Shown here piece after piece: positions 36,011 to 46,524 of a DNA stretch of 64,000 nt. The translations under genes were made by a program, and so were the position numbers. How positions within the stretch are numbered: the first letter of the stretch is position 1; every line of letters starts with the position of its first letter. Source of the DNA: an uncultured virus (IMG/VR IMGVR_UViG_3300021142_000034) (Duplodnaviria > Heunggongvirae > Uroviricota > Caudoviricetes); the IMG/VR virus record IMGVR_UViG_3300021142_000034; one strand, 5' to 3'. The notes under the pieces were generated by a model. The model did not search any database, was not told the DNA's origin, and worked only from the letters and a program-made list of their open reading frames with translations.

Positions 36011-38050
36011 TTAAGTACCGGCATTTGTTGTACCGTTGCCCGAGCCGGTCGTTCCAGATGAAGTCCCGGTTCCCGTGCTAGTTCCTGTAGCGCCCTGTAT
36101 TGTTTTGTACAGAGATAGCAATCCAGCAAGATCGTTATTGATCGTAGCAAGGGTAGATGTGTTAGGCGTAGTCGCAGCAGTAGAGATCGGCAAGTTACCC
36201 AGCATCGCAGCCATGTTGGTGAGCTGAGTCTGTGGGTACTGGACCTGCTGATTAAACTGGTTGAGAGAAGCTGTGTCTTGAGCCTGCTTGATCTGCTGCT
36301 GAGTAGCGCCAGCGGTACCGAGAGCGGCGTTCGATGCCAAGCCATAGTTGGCTGCAGCTTCGTTGGCGGCTTCTTGGTTTTGCTGAGCTTGTAGGCTTTG
36401 TGCGTTAGCAGTATTGAACTGGTTCATCGCATTGTTGTAAGCCGTGTTGTAGCCCTGACCGATCAAGTTAGACTGCTGAGCCAGCAGGTTATAGGCGTCT
36501 TGCCCCTGAAGGACTGCTTGACGTGTACCGCCAAAGCCACCGGCTTGCGTGAGCTTACTCAGGTCACCCTGTTCACCCTGCTGAGCAGCCAGTTGAAGGG
36601 CTTGGAGCTGAGGATTCAAAGAAGCCTGCAAGTAGGGGTTCATGTACTGCTGAACAGCAGCGGTGTCAAACGTACCAGACTTGAACTGGGTAGGCGTTAA
36701 ACCCGTACTAGCCAGCTGATTTGCGTTGGCAAAGTATTGATTCTGAATATCTGATGGGCCAGCAGCTAATTCACCTGTATATACAGGCATAGGAGCATTG
36801 CTCAGGGCTTCTTGTTTGCCCAGCATATTGGTCACATAAGGAGCTGCCCAGTTAGACAAACCCGTTTCCGTGGAAGTGCCCAAGCCGGTAGAAGGGGTGA
36901 CTGTGCTTGTTGCACTGGGTGAAGTCGTAACGGAGCTACCAGCAGCGAAACGTTTAATTCCACCGCCAGAGGCGTAGCCTGCAATACCACCCGGCATAAA
37001 TTTGTCGGGGTTAATTTCTTTGCCCTGATGTTTATTCCCGGTACGGGCGTAGCGGATTTTGTCCATCATCTGGTACAGCTTCTTAGCACCAGCATCCGAG
37101 TTGCCGTTACCCAAGTGGGAAACGACATCGGCGGGGATAACGAATTCGCCGTGGCTTAGTTTGGCAGGCTGAACGCCGTCGATGGACGTGTCAAGCTTGT
37201 CAGCCATACCATCCGTAGTTCCTTGTAAATAACGACCACCGTGTGCCATAGCTGCGATTCCTGTGTGCATAGCGCCTCCGTGAGCGGCGTGAATAGCGGT
37301 TGTGGGACTTTGCTGAGCAGCAGCCAGTTGGGATTGCATTGCCAAGATTTGTTCAGGTGTGGCAATCTGCGCAATACCCGTGGATGGAGCTTGGCTCGTC
37401 ATCGGAGTGTTTGCTTGTACGGGTTGACCCTTATTTGACCAAGCAGTACCAATATTTGCGGCAGGTAATTGTTGTTCCTGCGGTTTGGGGGGAGTCATCT
37501 CAGCGGCTTGCTTGGCTGCAGTGGCTTGGGCAGTAGCAACGTCTGCCGGTGCAACGTACTGACCAGGAGTGAAATAAGCCTGACCTTGACCCGCTTGTCC
37601 GGGTGCTATGCCTTGGCTGACATACGTGTAATTGGGGATTGTGGCATTGGCAATCTTGGTTTTGGTCTGATCTCCACCAGCCAGCATGGCAGCAGCTGCA
37701 GCGCCAGTTCCCATATTTGCCAGATTTAAAGTACCGGCAGGAAGATTAAGAGCCTTATTTAAAGCTGCAAGAATACCGGACGACCCTCCCCCGGCGTTTC
37801 CAGCGTTTCCAGCTCCTGCGCCAGACCCAGAACCTGTACCAGTATCGGTTGCATTGGTTGTATCTACAATGTTACCGTTTGAATCGTAGGTAAGAGTACT
37901 TCCGTCATCAAATGTCTGGACATAGTTGCCGTTTGCATCCTGAGTAGCTCCAGCTGGGGGCTGCCATGAAGAGGCTGTGGAGCTACTATCTGTAGAGCCG
38001 GGAAGATCAACCCATTCGAACTGCTCCGTATCATTGTTGTATTGCCACAT
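36011..38050 (-). CDS. Putative internal virion / DNA pilot protein
   Basis: GTTDGMAD..PAKLSHGEFVIPADVVS; YMNPY..GGFGGTRQ. Confidence 0.7.
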   Translation of the reverse strand: MWQYNNDTEQFEWVDLPGSTDSSSTASSWQPPAGATQDANGNYVQTFDDGSTLTYDSNGNIVDTTNATDTGTGSGSGAGAGNAGNAGGGSSGILAALNKALNLPAGTLNLANMGTGAAAAAMLAGGDQTKTKIANATIPNYTYVSQGIAPGQAGQGQAYFTPGQYVAPADVATAQATAAKQAAEMTPPKPQEQQLPAANIGTAWSNKGQPVQANTPMTSQAPSTGIAQIATPEQILAMQSQLAAAQQSPTTAIHAAHGGAMHTGIAAMAHGGRYLQGTTDGMADKLDTSIDGVQPAKLSHGEFVIPADVVSHLGNGNSDAGAKKLYQMMDKIRYARTGNKHQGKEINPDKFMPGGIAGYASGGGIKRFAAGSSVTTSPSATSTVTPSTGLGTSTETGLSNWAAPYVTNMLGKQEALSNAPMPVYTGELAAGPSDIQNQYFANANQLASTGLTPTQFKSGTFDTAAVQQYMNPYLQASLNPQLQALQLAAQQGEQGDLSKLTQAGGFGGTRQAVLQGQDAYNLLAQQSNLIGQGYNTAYNNAMNQFNTANAQSLQAQQNQEAANEAAANYGLASNAALGTAGATQQQIKQAQDTASLNQFNQQVQYPQTQLTNMAAMLGNLPISTAATTPNTSTLATINNDLAGLLSLYKTIQGATGTSTGTGTSSGTTGSGNGTTNAGT

Positions 38051-38051
38051 A

Positions 38052-41000
38052 TTAAACTCTCCAATTCAGTAACTTTAGTAGATCGTCTACGGAGCCACCA
38101 CTGGCAGCCATTGTAGTATTTTCTGGTTCTCCAAGCCATACATATTGCACGTTCTGACCCGGTTGTGCGTTCGTTGGAACGTCCTCTGCAGCCGCCTCGG
38201 CAGCCGATATTCCCTTGATCGCCAAGTCCTTAATATCAAACTGTGGCGCAGCACCCATGACCGATGGTCCTTCGGGTGTAAATATAGAAGGTGTAGCCAG
38301 CATAGCCAGCTGGGCAGCACTTAATCCAGTTTTTGTACCAGCACTCGTGCCTGTAGACGTAGCCTTTCCAGTTCCAGTACCTTTAGACGTTGAGGTTTTG
38401 GTGGAAACTCCAGTGTACGTCCCTATGTTAATGCCAGTATCAGTACCTGTATCGGTTCCAGTGTCCGTTCCAGTATCTGTACCGGTATCCGTTCCAGTGT
38501 CCGTGCCTGTATCAGTGCCTGTATCAGTGCCTGTATCTGTACCGGTTCCAGTATCTGTACCGGTATCAGTACCTGTATCGGTTCCAGTGTCTGTTCCAGT
38601 ATCAGTTCCAGTGTCAGTTCCAGTATCCGTGCCTGTATTGGTGCCAGTATCAGTGCTGGTAAATGTTCCCGTATCAGTTCCCGTGTTTGTTCCGGTGTCT
38701 GTCCCTGTATCCGTGCCGGTGTCTGTACCGGTATCAGTACCGGTATCTGTACCAGTGGAAGTTTCAACCCCTGTTGATATACCTGTATCAGTTGATATAC
38801 CTGTATCAGTTGATATACCTGTATCCGTTGATATACCTGTATCAGTTGATATTCCAGTTGATATACCTGTATCAGTTGATATACCTGTATCAGTTGATAT
38901 ACCTGTATCGGTTCCAACTCCAGTGTCTATTCCCTCTCCAGTGCCGGTTGAGATACTGGTTGACGTAGATATTCCGGTGTTTGTTTCAGTAGTAACTTCC
39001 CACGGCGGGACGGGTATATTTTCACTGCTGGTCGTAGAGCCGTCGCCAACAACATTACCCTCCGAGTCAACGGTAAATCCGCCTGTCTCGTAACGAATGT
39101 CACCAGTAATGTTGTCTCTTACAACATCATAGGTAAACACTTGGGTAGGATCATCTGGGTTTGTAATGACAATGGTTGTATAGGTGGATTCACCATCTTG
39201 ACTTGTGTGCGTATCAAAAGCCTGACCATTTTCAGGAACAATAACCCAAGGCGGCACAGTACCGGTACCTGTTGAAGTGCCGGTTGATGTCTCAGTGCCC
39301 GTTGACGTACCAGTAGAAGTCTCTGTACCAGTAGAAGTCCCTGTAGAAGTTTCAACTCCAGTAGAAGTACCAGTAGACGTTTCAACTCCGGTCGATGTTC
39401 CCGTAGAAGTCTCAACCCCAGTTGATGTTCCAGTAGATGTTTCTGTTCCTGTGGATGTGCCGGTAGAAGTCTCGGTTCCTGTAGAGGTTCCTGTGCTGGT
39501 AATTCCACCTGGTCCAGCGACTTTCGTTCCTGGGTCTGTCGTCAACTTGGGTAGCGTATCAATGTGATACTCAATCTGCAAAGCCGTAGCGGGATCAGTT
39601 CCGTTCTTAACCAAGCTCTGATACCCCTGCTTGGAATCGTCAGACAGATTCTGATAAATGGACCATGACTTTGGATCAGTAAACCCGGCAGCTGCCGCCG
39701 TCGCCATATCGGCTGCATCTTGAAAGCCAGCAGACTTTGCAGTGTCATCAGGATTGGGCGTGGTTACACCTGTTCCAGTACTGATCCCTGTCGATGTATT
39801 TGTTTCCGCTCCGGTGGATACGCCGGTACTTACTCCAGTATCAGTGCTTACGCTGGTTCCTGTTGATGTGCCAGTCGATGTAGCCGTGCTAGTAGCTTTA
39901 ACCTGATCAGCGTCGTATGCATTCTTGTCGCCGTTGTACTTTTGATAAGTTTCGTAATCGGGAAACCCAGCGTCTTTTGCTGTCTGTGCATTACGTGCAA
40001 ATGTATAGGCTGCATTATCGCCATTGAATTGCTTATACGTTGCATAGTCTGGGAAACCCGCTGACTTTGCGGTAGCCTCATTCTGAGCATTTTGATAAGA
40101 GGAAAAATCTCCTTTGTACTGTTGGTACGTGGAGTAATCCGGAAACCCGGCGTTCTTTGCCGTGGTTTCATTTAAATCCGTTTGGTAGGCCGTAGAGTTG
40201 CCGTTATATTTCAGATACGTTGTGTAATCAGGGAAGCCAGCGTCCTTGGCTTTCTGTGCATCCTGGGCGACAATATACGCCGCATCATCTCCGTGGTACT
40301 GCTGGAATGTGGCGTAGTCGGGGAAGCCTGCCGCTTTGGCAGTTGCCTCATTCTGATCAGACTGATAAGCGCTCAGATCACCATTGTATTTTTGGTATGT
40401 AGCGTAATCGGTGAAACCCTTGGACTGAGCCATAGTTTCATTAGCCTGAGCAGCGGCTTTGGCGTTGGCCGCATCCTGAGCAGCTTTGGCGGCGGCAGCA
40501 GCGGCAGCTTGGTCGGTGTTATACGCACCCACATCGCCTTTGTACTTCTGCATAGTGGCGTAGTCAGGAAAGCCTGCCGTCCTGGCTGAGGCATCATCCT
40601 GTGCTGTTTTATATGCAGAAAGATCACCGTTGTACTTTTGATAAGTAGCGTAGTCTGGAAAGCCAGCTTGTGTAGCCTTCGCATTATTTATCTGATCAAC
40701 GTTATATGCGTTTACATCTCCGTTGTATTGCTTAGATGTAGCGGCATCAGGGAATCCTGCTTTTTGGGCGTAATAGTCTGCAGCCCCAATGCCGTTAGCG
40801 CTTTGGAAATCTTGGTAATTCTTAAACCCAAGATCAGTCGCTGTTTTAATCAGCGCATCCTGAGCTTCTTTAGCTGCTTCATCAGACACTTGCTTGACAA
40901 TGTCTTGGGCTTCGGTTGTTGCCAGATCGTTGTACTTGGCTACGTCCTGCGCAGTAGCAGCCGCTTGATTAGTCAGGCCCGTATTGATCGTGTCAATTTG

Positions 41001-42185
41001 AGACTTCAGGCCTGTTAAGTTATCAGTATAAGTCTTGTACTGCATCTGAGCGTTAGTTAGCTGAGAGCTGGAGCCGGTATAAGCATCCGCAGCAGCTTTG
41101 GCTGTATCGTATGCAGTCTGTACCGTAGTAGCCTGTGAATTGATCTGAGGCACAAGAGCATTGGCTGCAGTAGCCAAAGTTTGTTGAGATGGAGGGTTAA
41201 AGTCGTAAATGGGTTGCTGATGAGCCGGGACCCAAGAAGCGGATCCAGAATCATCTGTCTCATAGCCGCCCGGAATATCTTGGTATCCGGTTATCTTCAC
41301 ATAATTGCCATTAGCATCGTCGTATTGCCAGCCTTGGCTTACCAGATAGTTGTTATACCCAGCATTGCTACTTACCGCATCTTTGTACGAGTTGTACTGA
41401 TCCATCAAAGAGTTAAGCGTAGCCTGCTGACTGGTGAAGTCAGTGTTCGCAACGTTAGCCGTTTTGTACTGATCTTGAACAGTATTCTGAAGTGGATTCA
41501 GTACATTGTTAAAGTAGTCTGTTGCCGTTTGCTTTATATCGTTGAAGTTGTTTGAAAGCGATTGAACGGTGTCTGAATTCTTCTTTAAATAGTCAACACC
41601 AGAAGAGATAGATGCAGACAAAGCCGTGGCTGTAGCCGACTGAGCAATTGCATCACTCACCGACTTGCCGCCTAAGATAGCCTTGGTCGCCGCTGTAACA
41701 GAGTTAGAGATCAGCTTTGAATCTAAAGTGCTAGGGTCCAGATTTAAGTTCTGTTTCAGCTCGGTTTGAATGGCTGCACCGATACCGCCGCTGGCAGCAC
41801 TGGCAAGAATCTGATCAAAGTTCTGACCCTTCAAAGCCGCAGTAGCAGCAGAGCCCGAAGCACTGGTGACCACTTGTTTAACAAGAGCTTGCGTATCTGG
41901 TGACCAGTCAGTAGTCGTCAAAGTAGAGTCAGTAACACTTCCAGCCACTTGCCCAATTTGGGCGCCAGCATAAGATGCCAAAGCGTTGGTGGCTATAGTC
42001 TGAAGGTTTCCGCCGTTAACGGCGCTTACCGTGGCACTAGCAATGATGGGTGGAACGCCAATAGATGTGAGAGCAACCGTCTCAATAACTGGCAACGGAT
42101 TTTTGATAATAGACTCGATTGTGTTGGTGACAAAACCACCAACGGAGGAAAGTAAATTACCAACCTCTTTTGTTATATCACACAT
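38052..42185 (-). CDS. Large repeat-rich virion-associated protein
   Basis: 1377 aa; about 10 AGFPDYATYQKYNGD-like repeats; TSTG, DTGIST and DTGT tracts. Confidence 0.75.
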   Translation of the reverse strand: MCDITKEVGNLLSSVGGFVTNTIESIIKNPLPVIETVALTSIGVPPIIASATVSAVNGGNLQTIATNALASYAGAQIGQVAGSVTDSTLTTTDWSPDTQALVKQVVTSASGSAATAALKGQNFDQILASAASGGIGAAIQTELKQNLNLDPSTLDSKLISNSVTAATKAILGGKSVSDAIAQSATATALSASISSGVDYLKKNSDTVQSLSNNFNDIKQTATDYFNNVLNPLQNTVQDQYKTANVANTDFTSQQATLNSLMDQYNSYKDAVSSNAGYNNYLVSQGWQYDDANGNYVKITGYQDIPGGYETDDSGSASWVPAHQQPIYDFNPPSQQTLATAANALVPQINSQATTVQTAYDTAKAAADAYTGSSSQLTNAQMQYKTYTDNLTGLKSQIDTINTGLTNQAAATAQDVAKYNDLATTEAQDIVKQVSDEAAKEAQDALIKTATDLGFKNYQDFQSANGIGAADYYAQKAGFPDAATSKQYNGDVNAYNVDQINNAKATQAGFPDYATYQKYNGDLSAYKTAQDDASARTAGFPDYATMQKYKGDVGAYNTDQAAAAAAAKAAQDAANAKAAAQANETMAQSKGFTDYATYQKYNGDLSAYQSDQNEATAKAAGFPDYATFQQYHGDDAAYIVAQDAQKAKDAGFPDYTTYLKYNGNSTAYQTDLNETTAKNAGFPDYSTYQQYKGDFSSYQNAQNEATAKSAGFPDYATYKQFNGDNAAYTFARNAQTAKDAGFPDYETYQKYNGDKNAYDADQVKATSTATSTGTSTGTSVSTDTGVSTGVSTGAETNTSTGISTGTGVTTPNPDDTAKSAGFQDAADMATAAAAGFTDPKSWSIYQNLSDDSKQGYQSLVKNGTDPATALQIEYHIDTLPKLTTDPGTKVAGPGGITSTGTSTGTETSTGTSTGTETSTGTSTGVETSTGTSTGVETSTGTSTGVETSTGTSTGTETSTGTSTGTETSTGTSTGTGTVPPWVIVPENGQAFDTHTSQDGESTYTTIVITNPDDPTQVFTYDVVRDNITGDIRYETGGFTVDSEGNVVGDGSTTSSENIPVPPWEVTTETNTGISTSTSISTGTGEGIDTGVGTDTGISTDTGISTDTGISTGISTDTGISTDTGISTDTGISTDTGISTGVETSTGTDTGTDTGTDTGTDTGTDTGTNTGTDTGTFTSTDTGTNTGTDTGTDTGTDTGTDTGTDTGTDTGTDTGTGTDTGTDTGTDTGTDTGTDTGTDTGTDTGTDTGTDTGINIGTYTGVSTKTSTSKGTGTGKATSTGTSAGTKTGLSAAQLAMLATPSIFTPEGPSVMGAAPQFDIKDLAIKGISAAEAAAEDVPTNAQPGQNVQYVWLGEPENTTMAASGGSVDDLLKLLNWRV
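38430..38910. repeat. Coding tandem repeats (12-bp DTGT and 18-bp DTGIST units)
   Basis: GTTGATATACCTGTATCA units and degenerate GTATCAGTGCCT units. Confidence 0.9.
39900..40830. repeat. Coding repeats of about 29 aa (AGFPDY..Y.KY.GD)
   Basis: Visible in the translation of 38052-42185. Confidence 0.85.
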
Positions 42186-42582
42186 TTACAATCCCCTTGT
42201 AAATGGTCCGCCCTTTTTCATCCTTCCCAATAGTCTGAACATCTACGGGATAGCCAATGCGCTTGATCAGGTTAATCATGTTCACGTCGTGAGTCTCGCC
42301 GTAGACTTTCTTGTATCCACCAGCTTGCATGGCATGGGCAAACTCTTTCATATTTCTGAATAGGTTCTTGTATGTGTCTGCATTGAACACAAACATCTGA
42401 GCTACACCCGGAGCGTCTATCCTGATCCAGAACAAAGTGTTGCCGTTTCTTAAAACCCTATATTGATTTGAAGCGATTGTTTGATGCAAAACTGCATAAG
42501 CTTGCTTCCAATCTATGCCGGACTCTTTGATCTCAGTAGAGTTTTTAACAATGTCCTGCGGGGTCATTTGCTTATTGGTCAT
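42178..42582 (-). CDS. Hypothetical protein
   Basis: 134-aa ORF coupled to both neighbours. Confidence 0.7.
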   Translation of the reverse strand: MTNKQMTPQDIVKNSTEIKESGIDWKQAYAVLHQTIASNQYRVLRNGNTLFWIRIDAPGVAQMFVFNADTYKNLFRNMKEFAHAMQAGGYKKVYGETHDVNMINLIKRIGYPVDVQTIGKDEKGRTIYKGIVNV

Positions 42583-42833
42583 GTCTTGATCTTCAAAACG
42601 TTACCGGCTGACTTGTCCACATACACTTGACCGGGACGCAGATTAGATGTCATTGTCTGGTCAGGAAGGGTATTGATGTCAAAGATAATCCCATTAAGAG
42701 AGATAACCTGCTGAGCGTTCACTTGGTTCAAAAATAAACGCAAGATGTTGATCAGCTTATTCATGTAAGTCTGATCGTACTTATCCGGAGGGTTGGGGAA
42801 CGCCGGAGGATTTTGGTTCTGAAGCATCCCCAT
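42579..42833 (-). CDS. Small virion-associated protein
   Basis: PPAFPNPPDKYDQTYMNKLINILRLFLNQ. Confidence 0.7.
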   Translation of the reverse strand: MGMLQNQNPPAFPNPPDKYDQTYMNKLINILRLFLNQVNAQQVISLNGIIFDINTLPDQTMTSNLRPGQVYVDKSAGNVLKIKT

Positions 42834-42835
42834 GA

Positions 42836-44935
42836 TTAACCCCTTAAGCCATCAGATTTCCAATCAAACTTGTGTATGCCCGACTGCCAGGACAAGTTAA
42901 GTTGGTTGCTCGTGATGGAGAAGTAAATCTGTCTTCCCCTTACCCGAGTGTTGACTTGCCCAGTGAACTGCTCAATGGGATATGAGTTTGTCTCTGTAAT
43001 CGTTCCAGAGCTGATGCCGCCGGTAGACTGAGGAGAATAATATCCCGAACCCGAGTTGAGCATAGGGTAAAAGCTCATCGTGACTTGAGGCGTAGGATTT
43101 GTTGATCCCAAGAAAGTAAAGTCCGGCAGGATACGCCAGATGTATGAGACATATCCACTGCCATCTTGAATGTCAAATTCAGAAGATGTGATGGAAGTAT
43201 TCAACGGTAATGGTGTACCAGTCTCGTTATTGTTGCTTCCATACTCGTGATACACCAGCGTGTTGTTACCAGTGGCTCCAACTGGATATTGGAACAAGCC
43301 GTTCTGCAACCAAGCCGTGCGGCACAGTGAGCCGTAGTACCAAATGTCCTGCTCGTAGTTGTAGACTACGTAGGTATCGTTTAGACCATTGGGTGAACTG
43401 AGAGAAGTGTAGTGCCACCAGACTTCGTTGAACTGCTCGTTCGTTCCGGCTGTAACTTGTAGATACTCGGTCGTATCAATGGTGTCAAAGATAAACTTCT
43501 TCAAGTCGCAACGCAGTGTCGTTAAGTTACCGTCGTACTTGTAGAACTTACCAAAGCCCATCCAATAAGCCTTGCCGTCCGCATAGGCTGCCGCGTTAGG
43601 ACTAACGATAGATTGAGTCTCACCCACCAGCGTGAACGTCCAAACAGCTGGCGTTCCCACATACTGACCGCCATACAAAGATGAATCAGTAAAAACCAGA
43701 ATCTGTTGGTTCATCTGCAAAGCCGTCACGATCTTTGATCCGTGAGACAGCGGAATAGAACCGGCTTGGTTGGTAGAGCTGGGCGTCCAAGTGGTCAGAC
43801 TTTCCTGATCAGACCAGCGAACAAGCATGGGGTTAAATACCGTAGTGCCGGTATCGTTTGTCCCGAACACCAGCAAGAAACGGCTTGTATCAGAAACAAT
43901 TAACCAGTTAGCCGTCAGCGGTAAATCTATCCCGCCAAAGGTCAAAATAACTGCGCCGTTGGTAGCCGTAGCGTTCTGGGATAAAACCAGTGATGTGCCG
44001 CTTATAGAGTAAACAGTCGTTCCAAATGGAATCCCCGTACCAAGTACCGTAGCTCCAGCTTTGATGGCTGAGTTGCTAGCCGACAAAGTAACAGCAGTAG
44101 ATCCGCTTGTCGTAGAAGCCGTTTGCGTAGTAACAGGAACAGAGGCAAGAGACATGCCTCTGGTTGTCAAAGCATTACTGCCATTCCAATAGTAAATAGG
44201 CCCACCGACGGGACAGAAAACCAAATCCTGACCGTAGTTATCTTGTGACCATAGCCTCATGGAGGATTGGTTTGTCGCTCCAACACCCCAGTATCCAGCA
44301 CCCCAAGAGCCTGCACCCCAGCCCACTTGAGGAACGGCTGTAGCGGTGCCCACGTTAATCTGATACGTAGCCACTACAGAGGAGCCGCCGCCAGAGCCAG
44401 TATTGTTGGCATAGGTAGCAGATGTAATGGTGTACGTAGAAGGAGTAATACTGGAGCAAGTCAGCTGATACTGACCGCTAATGGTCACGCCGTTAAAGGT
44501 CGTAGCCCCGCTGAACGTTACAAAGTCGCCGGTAACGTATCCGCCAGAAGCGTCCGTCACCGTGACGATGTTGGACATATTCGTAGTCTGAAACGGATTA
44601 GCTGATAAGTTAACCACTGCCCGAATGGGAGTGATGTCGTAATAGGCTCCGCCGTTTTGAATGTAAAACTTCAGGTTAGTCCCAAGGCTGATGTAAGTCT
44701 GGTAAGCCAGAGTCACCCAAGACCACAAAGAACGACATACACCAAGGAACGTAGCAACCGTAAGTGGTATCCAGCCCCCGATGCTCTCGGGCATTCCCTG
44801 GCGGAAACGGACTAGATTAGATTCATACCAGCCAGTGGTATAGCCAGACGAGTTATTGACGCCCAGTAATTCTGTGGCATAACGTGTGTTTTCTCTGTTA
44901 ACACCGGGTCTAATAACTATTGGCTTTAATGGCAC
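42836..44935 (-). CDS. Tail hub/nozzle (DNA stabilisation) protein
   Basis: PGVNRE, VRFR.G.PE.IGGW, LVRWSDQE, FNEVWW, RVRGRQ; beta-rich. Confidence 0.75.
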   Translation of the reverse strand: MPLKPIVIRPGVNRENTRYATELLGVNNSSGYTTGWYESNLVRFRQGMPESIGGWIPLTVATFLGVCRSLWSWVTLAYQTYISLGTNLKFYIQNGGAYYDITPIRAVVNLSANPFQTTNMSNIVTVTDASGGYVTGDFVTFSGATTFNGVTISGQYQLTCSSITPSTYTITSATYANNTGSGGGSSVVATYQINVGTATAVPQVGWGAGSWGAGYWGVGATNQSSMRLWSQDNYGQDLVFCPVGGPIYYWNGSNALTTRGMSLASVPVTTQTASTTSGSTAVTLSASNSAIKAGATVLGTGIPFGTTVYSISGTSLVLSQNATATNGAVILTFGGIDLPLTANWLIVSDTSRFLLVFGTNDTGTTVFNPMLVRWSDQESLTTWTPSSTNQAGSIPLSHGSKIVTALQMNQQILVFTDSSLYGGQYVGTPAVWTFTLVGETQSIVSPNAAAYADGKAYWMGFGKFYKYDGNLTTLRCDLKKFIFDTIDTTEYLQVTAGTNEQFNEVWWHYTSLSSPNGLNDTYVVYNYEQDIWYYGSLCRTAWLQNGLFQYPVGATGNNTLVYHEYGSNNNETGTPLPLNTSITSSEFDIQDGSGYVSYIWRILPDFTFLGSTNPTPQVTMSFYPMLNSGSGYYSPQSTGGISSGTITETNSYPIEQFTGQVNTRVRGRQIYFSITSNQLNLSWQSGIHKFDWKSDGLRG

Positions 44936-44946
44936 GGTTTACCTCA

Positions 44947-45543
44947 TTATGCTAGGACGCTAAAGGCGGTGTTAATCTGTGCAACCCTGTCGTCAAGCCC
45001 AATGATACCGCCGTTAATCACCTTTGTCATCCCGACAAAATCACGCCCTTCAGCCTTTTGATTTAGCTTATGGGTTGACCAAAAGAAACCAGCTGTCAGG
45101 GCGGCATACATGGGCGTAGACACCAGATCGGGGTTCATGACGAAATCCACCCCTAGTGCTTGACCGGCATGATAGTAATTTGCATGGCCCGTGGTTTGAA
45201 TGCATCCCCTTCCGCGAAAACGCCAGCCATCTCCTGATGCTTCATCCCGGTTTCCCATACGATTGGCGTAAACAGAGTTGGCAATCTTTTGCGGATTACC
45301 GGCGTACTGGTTTGCGACATCAAGAGTAGGAAAGCGCTTGGGCCATAGACGCATCAGCGTCGCAGCCTTGTAGTTCAAGTTCTCTTCTAGGACCCGAAAG
45401 TTACCGCATTCGTGAGCGCACTGCCCTATAAAAGAAGCCTGCTCAATATTTGAGAGGATATTGAACTTTTCAAACGTAGCGTTCAGTGGATCAACCCACT
45501 TGGGATCAATCTTTAATTTGACAAGTTGATCACTGTTTACCAT
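44947..45543 (-). CDS. Glycoside hydrolase family 19 endolysin
   Basis: FIGQCAHE, ENLNY, DGWRFRGRG.IQ.TG..NY, TKVINGG..GL.DR. Confidence 0.92.
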   Translation of the reverse strand: MVNSDQLVKLKIDPKWVDPLNATFEKFNILSNIEQASFIGQCAHECGNFRVLEENLNYKAATLMRLWPKRFPTLDVANQYAGNPQKIANSVYANRMGNRDEASGDGWRFRGRGCIQTTGHANYYHAGQALGVDFVMNPDLVSTPMYAALTAGFFWSTHKLNQKAEGRDFVGMTKVINGGIIGLDDRVAQINTAFSVLA

Positions 45544-46030
45544 TGATCTGCTCCCGTACTTGGTTATAAGCGTCTATGCACGCATTGAGCTGCAGGGTAT
45601 TCTTATCCCCTTGGGCTACTATTTCTGCGATGGCTGCGAGGGTTGCTCGGTCGGCATCAGAAGTTTGGTCAGCCGGTCCACTAGGTTGGCTTCCTGCTTC
45701 TTGGCTATTTCCGGCGGAAGCGGGGGTACTTGGGGCGGCTTGTACGCAACTTGCGGTGGGGAGCCGCAAGCGGCCAGCACGGATAGCACGGTCAAGGGCA
45801 GTAGATTTTTCAGCAAGGACATTGTTGGCTTCCTCCAGTTTGGTGGCATTCTGATTCAGTTTACTCGTCATGTTCTGCTCAATTAATCGAGCTTCTTCAT
45901 TTTTCTTGGCAATCTCAGCCTGCATCTCTAGGTCACGTTCAGTCCAGCCTTTGTGATGCCCATAGAAGTAAATGCCAATAGCCGCAAAGACAGCGGCTAG
46001 GATGAGATAGGCTTTAGGTATACCAAACAT
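45530..46030 (-). CDS. Rz-like inner-membrane spanin
   Basis: N-terminal TM helix, coiled coil, GRLRL, QLNACIDAY. Confidence 0.8.
   Translation of the reverse strand: MFGIPKAYLILAAVFAAIGIYFYGHHKGWTERDLEMQAEIAKKNEEARLIEQNMTSKLNQNATKLEEANNVLAEKSTALDRAIRAGRLRLPTASCVQAAPSTPASAGNSQEAGSQPSGPADQTSDADRATLAAIAEIVAQGDKNTLQLNACIDAYNQVREQINGKQ
45619..45822 (-). CDS. Rz1-like outer-membrane spanin lipoprotein embedded in Rz
   Basis: GGAGG SD, signal peptide with lipobox LAAC, Pro-rich mature region. Confidence 0.75.
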   Translation of the reverse strand: MSLLKNLLPLTVLSVLAACGSPPQVAYKPPQVPPLPPEIAKKQEANLVDRLTKLLMPTEQPSQPSQK

Positions 46031-46524
46031 TACTCTGCCTCTTTACGGGCTAGTGCCATAGCTTCGCGCTCATGCTCGGGCTCCTGAAGGTTTGGCGGCG
46101 TTGTTGGGGGTGGTGGAGGCGTCCAGGTTTCATCCAGCGCGGGATTCTGGAAGTTCATCCAGTTCATGTTTCCAAGCGGTTGCGCCCCAAATGAGTTTAC
46201 AGCTGGCGCATTTGAGTTTACAGCCGGAGGATTAGCAGGCGGGGTTGCCAAAGCATTGGCAGCAGCCCCCACAGCCCGTTTACTCATCACGCCACCAATA
46301 CCGCCAACAACAAGCAGCACAATGTCGTTTAACATCTTGGTATACGCCATATCGATGGGCGCCATCGACTTGATTGGCTGAGTTACAAACGTAACCGAGT
46401 ACAAGAGCGCAATCACAATAATGAACAAGATCATGGTCACAGCTATGACCACTACGCCCCACACTCTAACCTCAATATCGGCTGCGCTTAATGGCTCATT
46501 GTGATGGTGGTTTTGGTGCTTCAA
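46030..46524 (-). CDS. Two-TM membrane protein, holin candidate (TTG start inferred)
   Basis: GGAG SD before TTG 46524; two hydrophobic helices; in lysis cassette. Confidence 0.6.
   Translation of the reverse strand: MKHQNHHHNEPLSAADIEVRVWGVVVIAVTMILFIIVIALLYSVTFVTQPIKSMAPIDMAYTKMLNDIVLLVVGGIGGVMSKRAVGAAANALATPPANPPAVNSNAPAVNSFGAQPLGNMNWMNFQNPALDETWTPPPPPTTPPNLQEPEHEREAMALARKEAE

Noticed and set aside
36004..36345. 113-aa same-strand overlapping ORF
   Set aside because: No SD or recognisable motif; alternative frame of the 36011 gene
38430..39500. Tandem repeats as a CRISPR array
   Set aside because: Units are 12 or 18 bp, in frame, vary at third codon positions and have no unique spacers; no cas operon
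38215..39567. Long plus-strand VPVS-repeat ORFs and alternate-frame ORFs
   Set aside because: Shadows of the repetitive minus-strand gene
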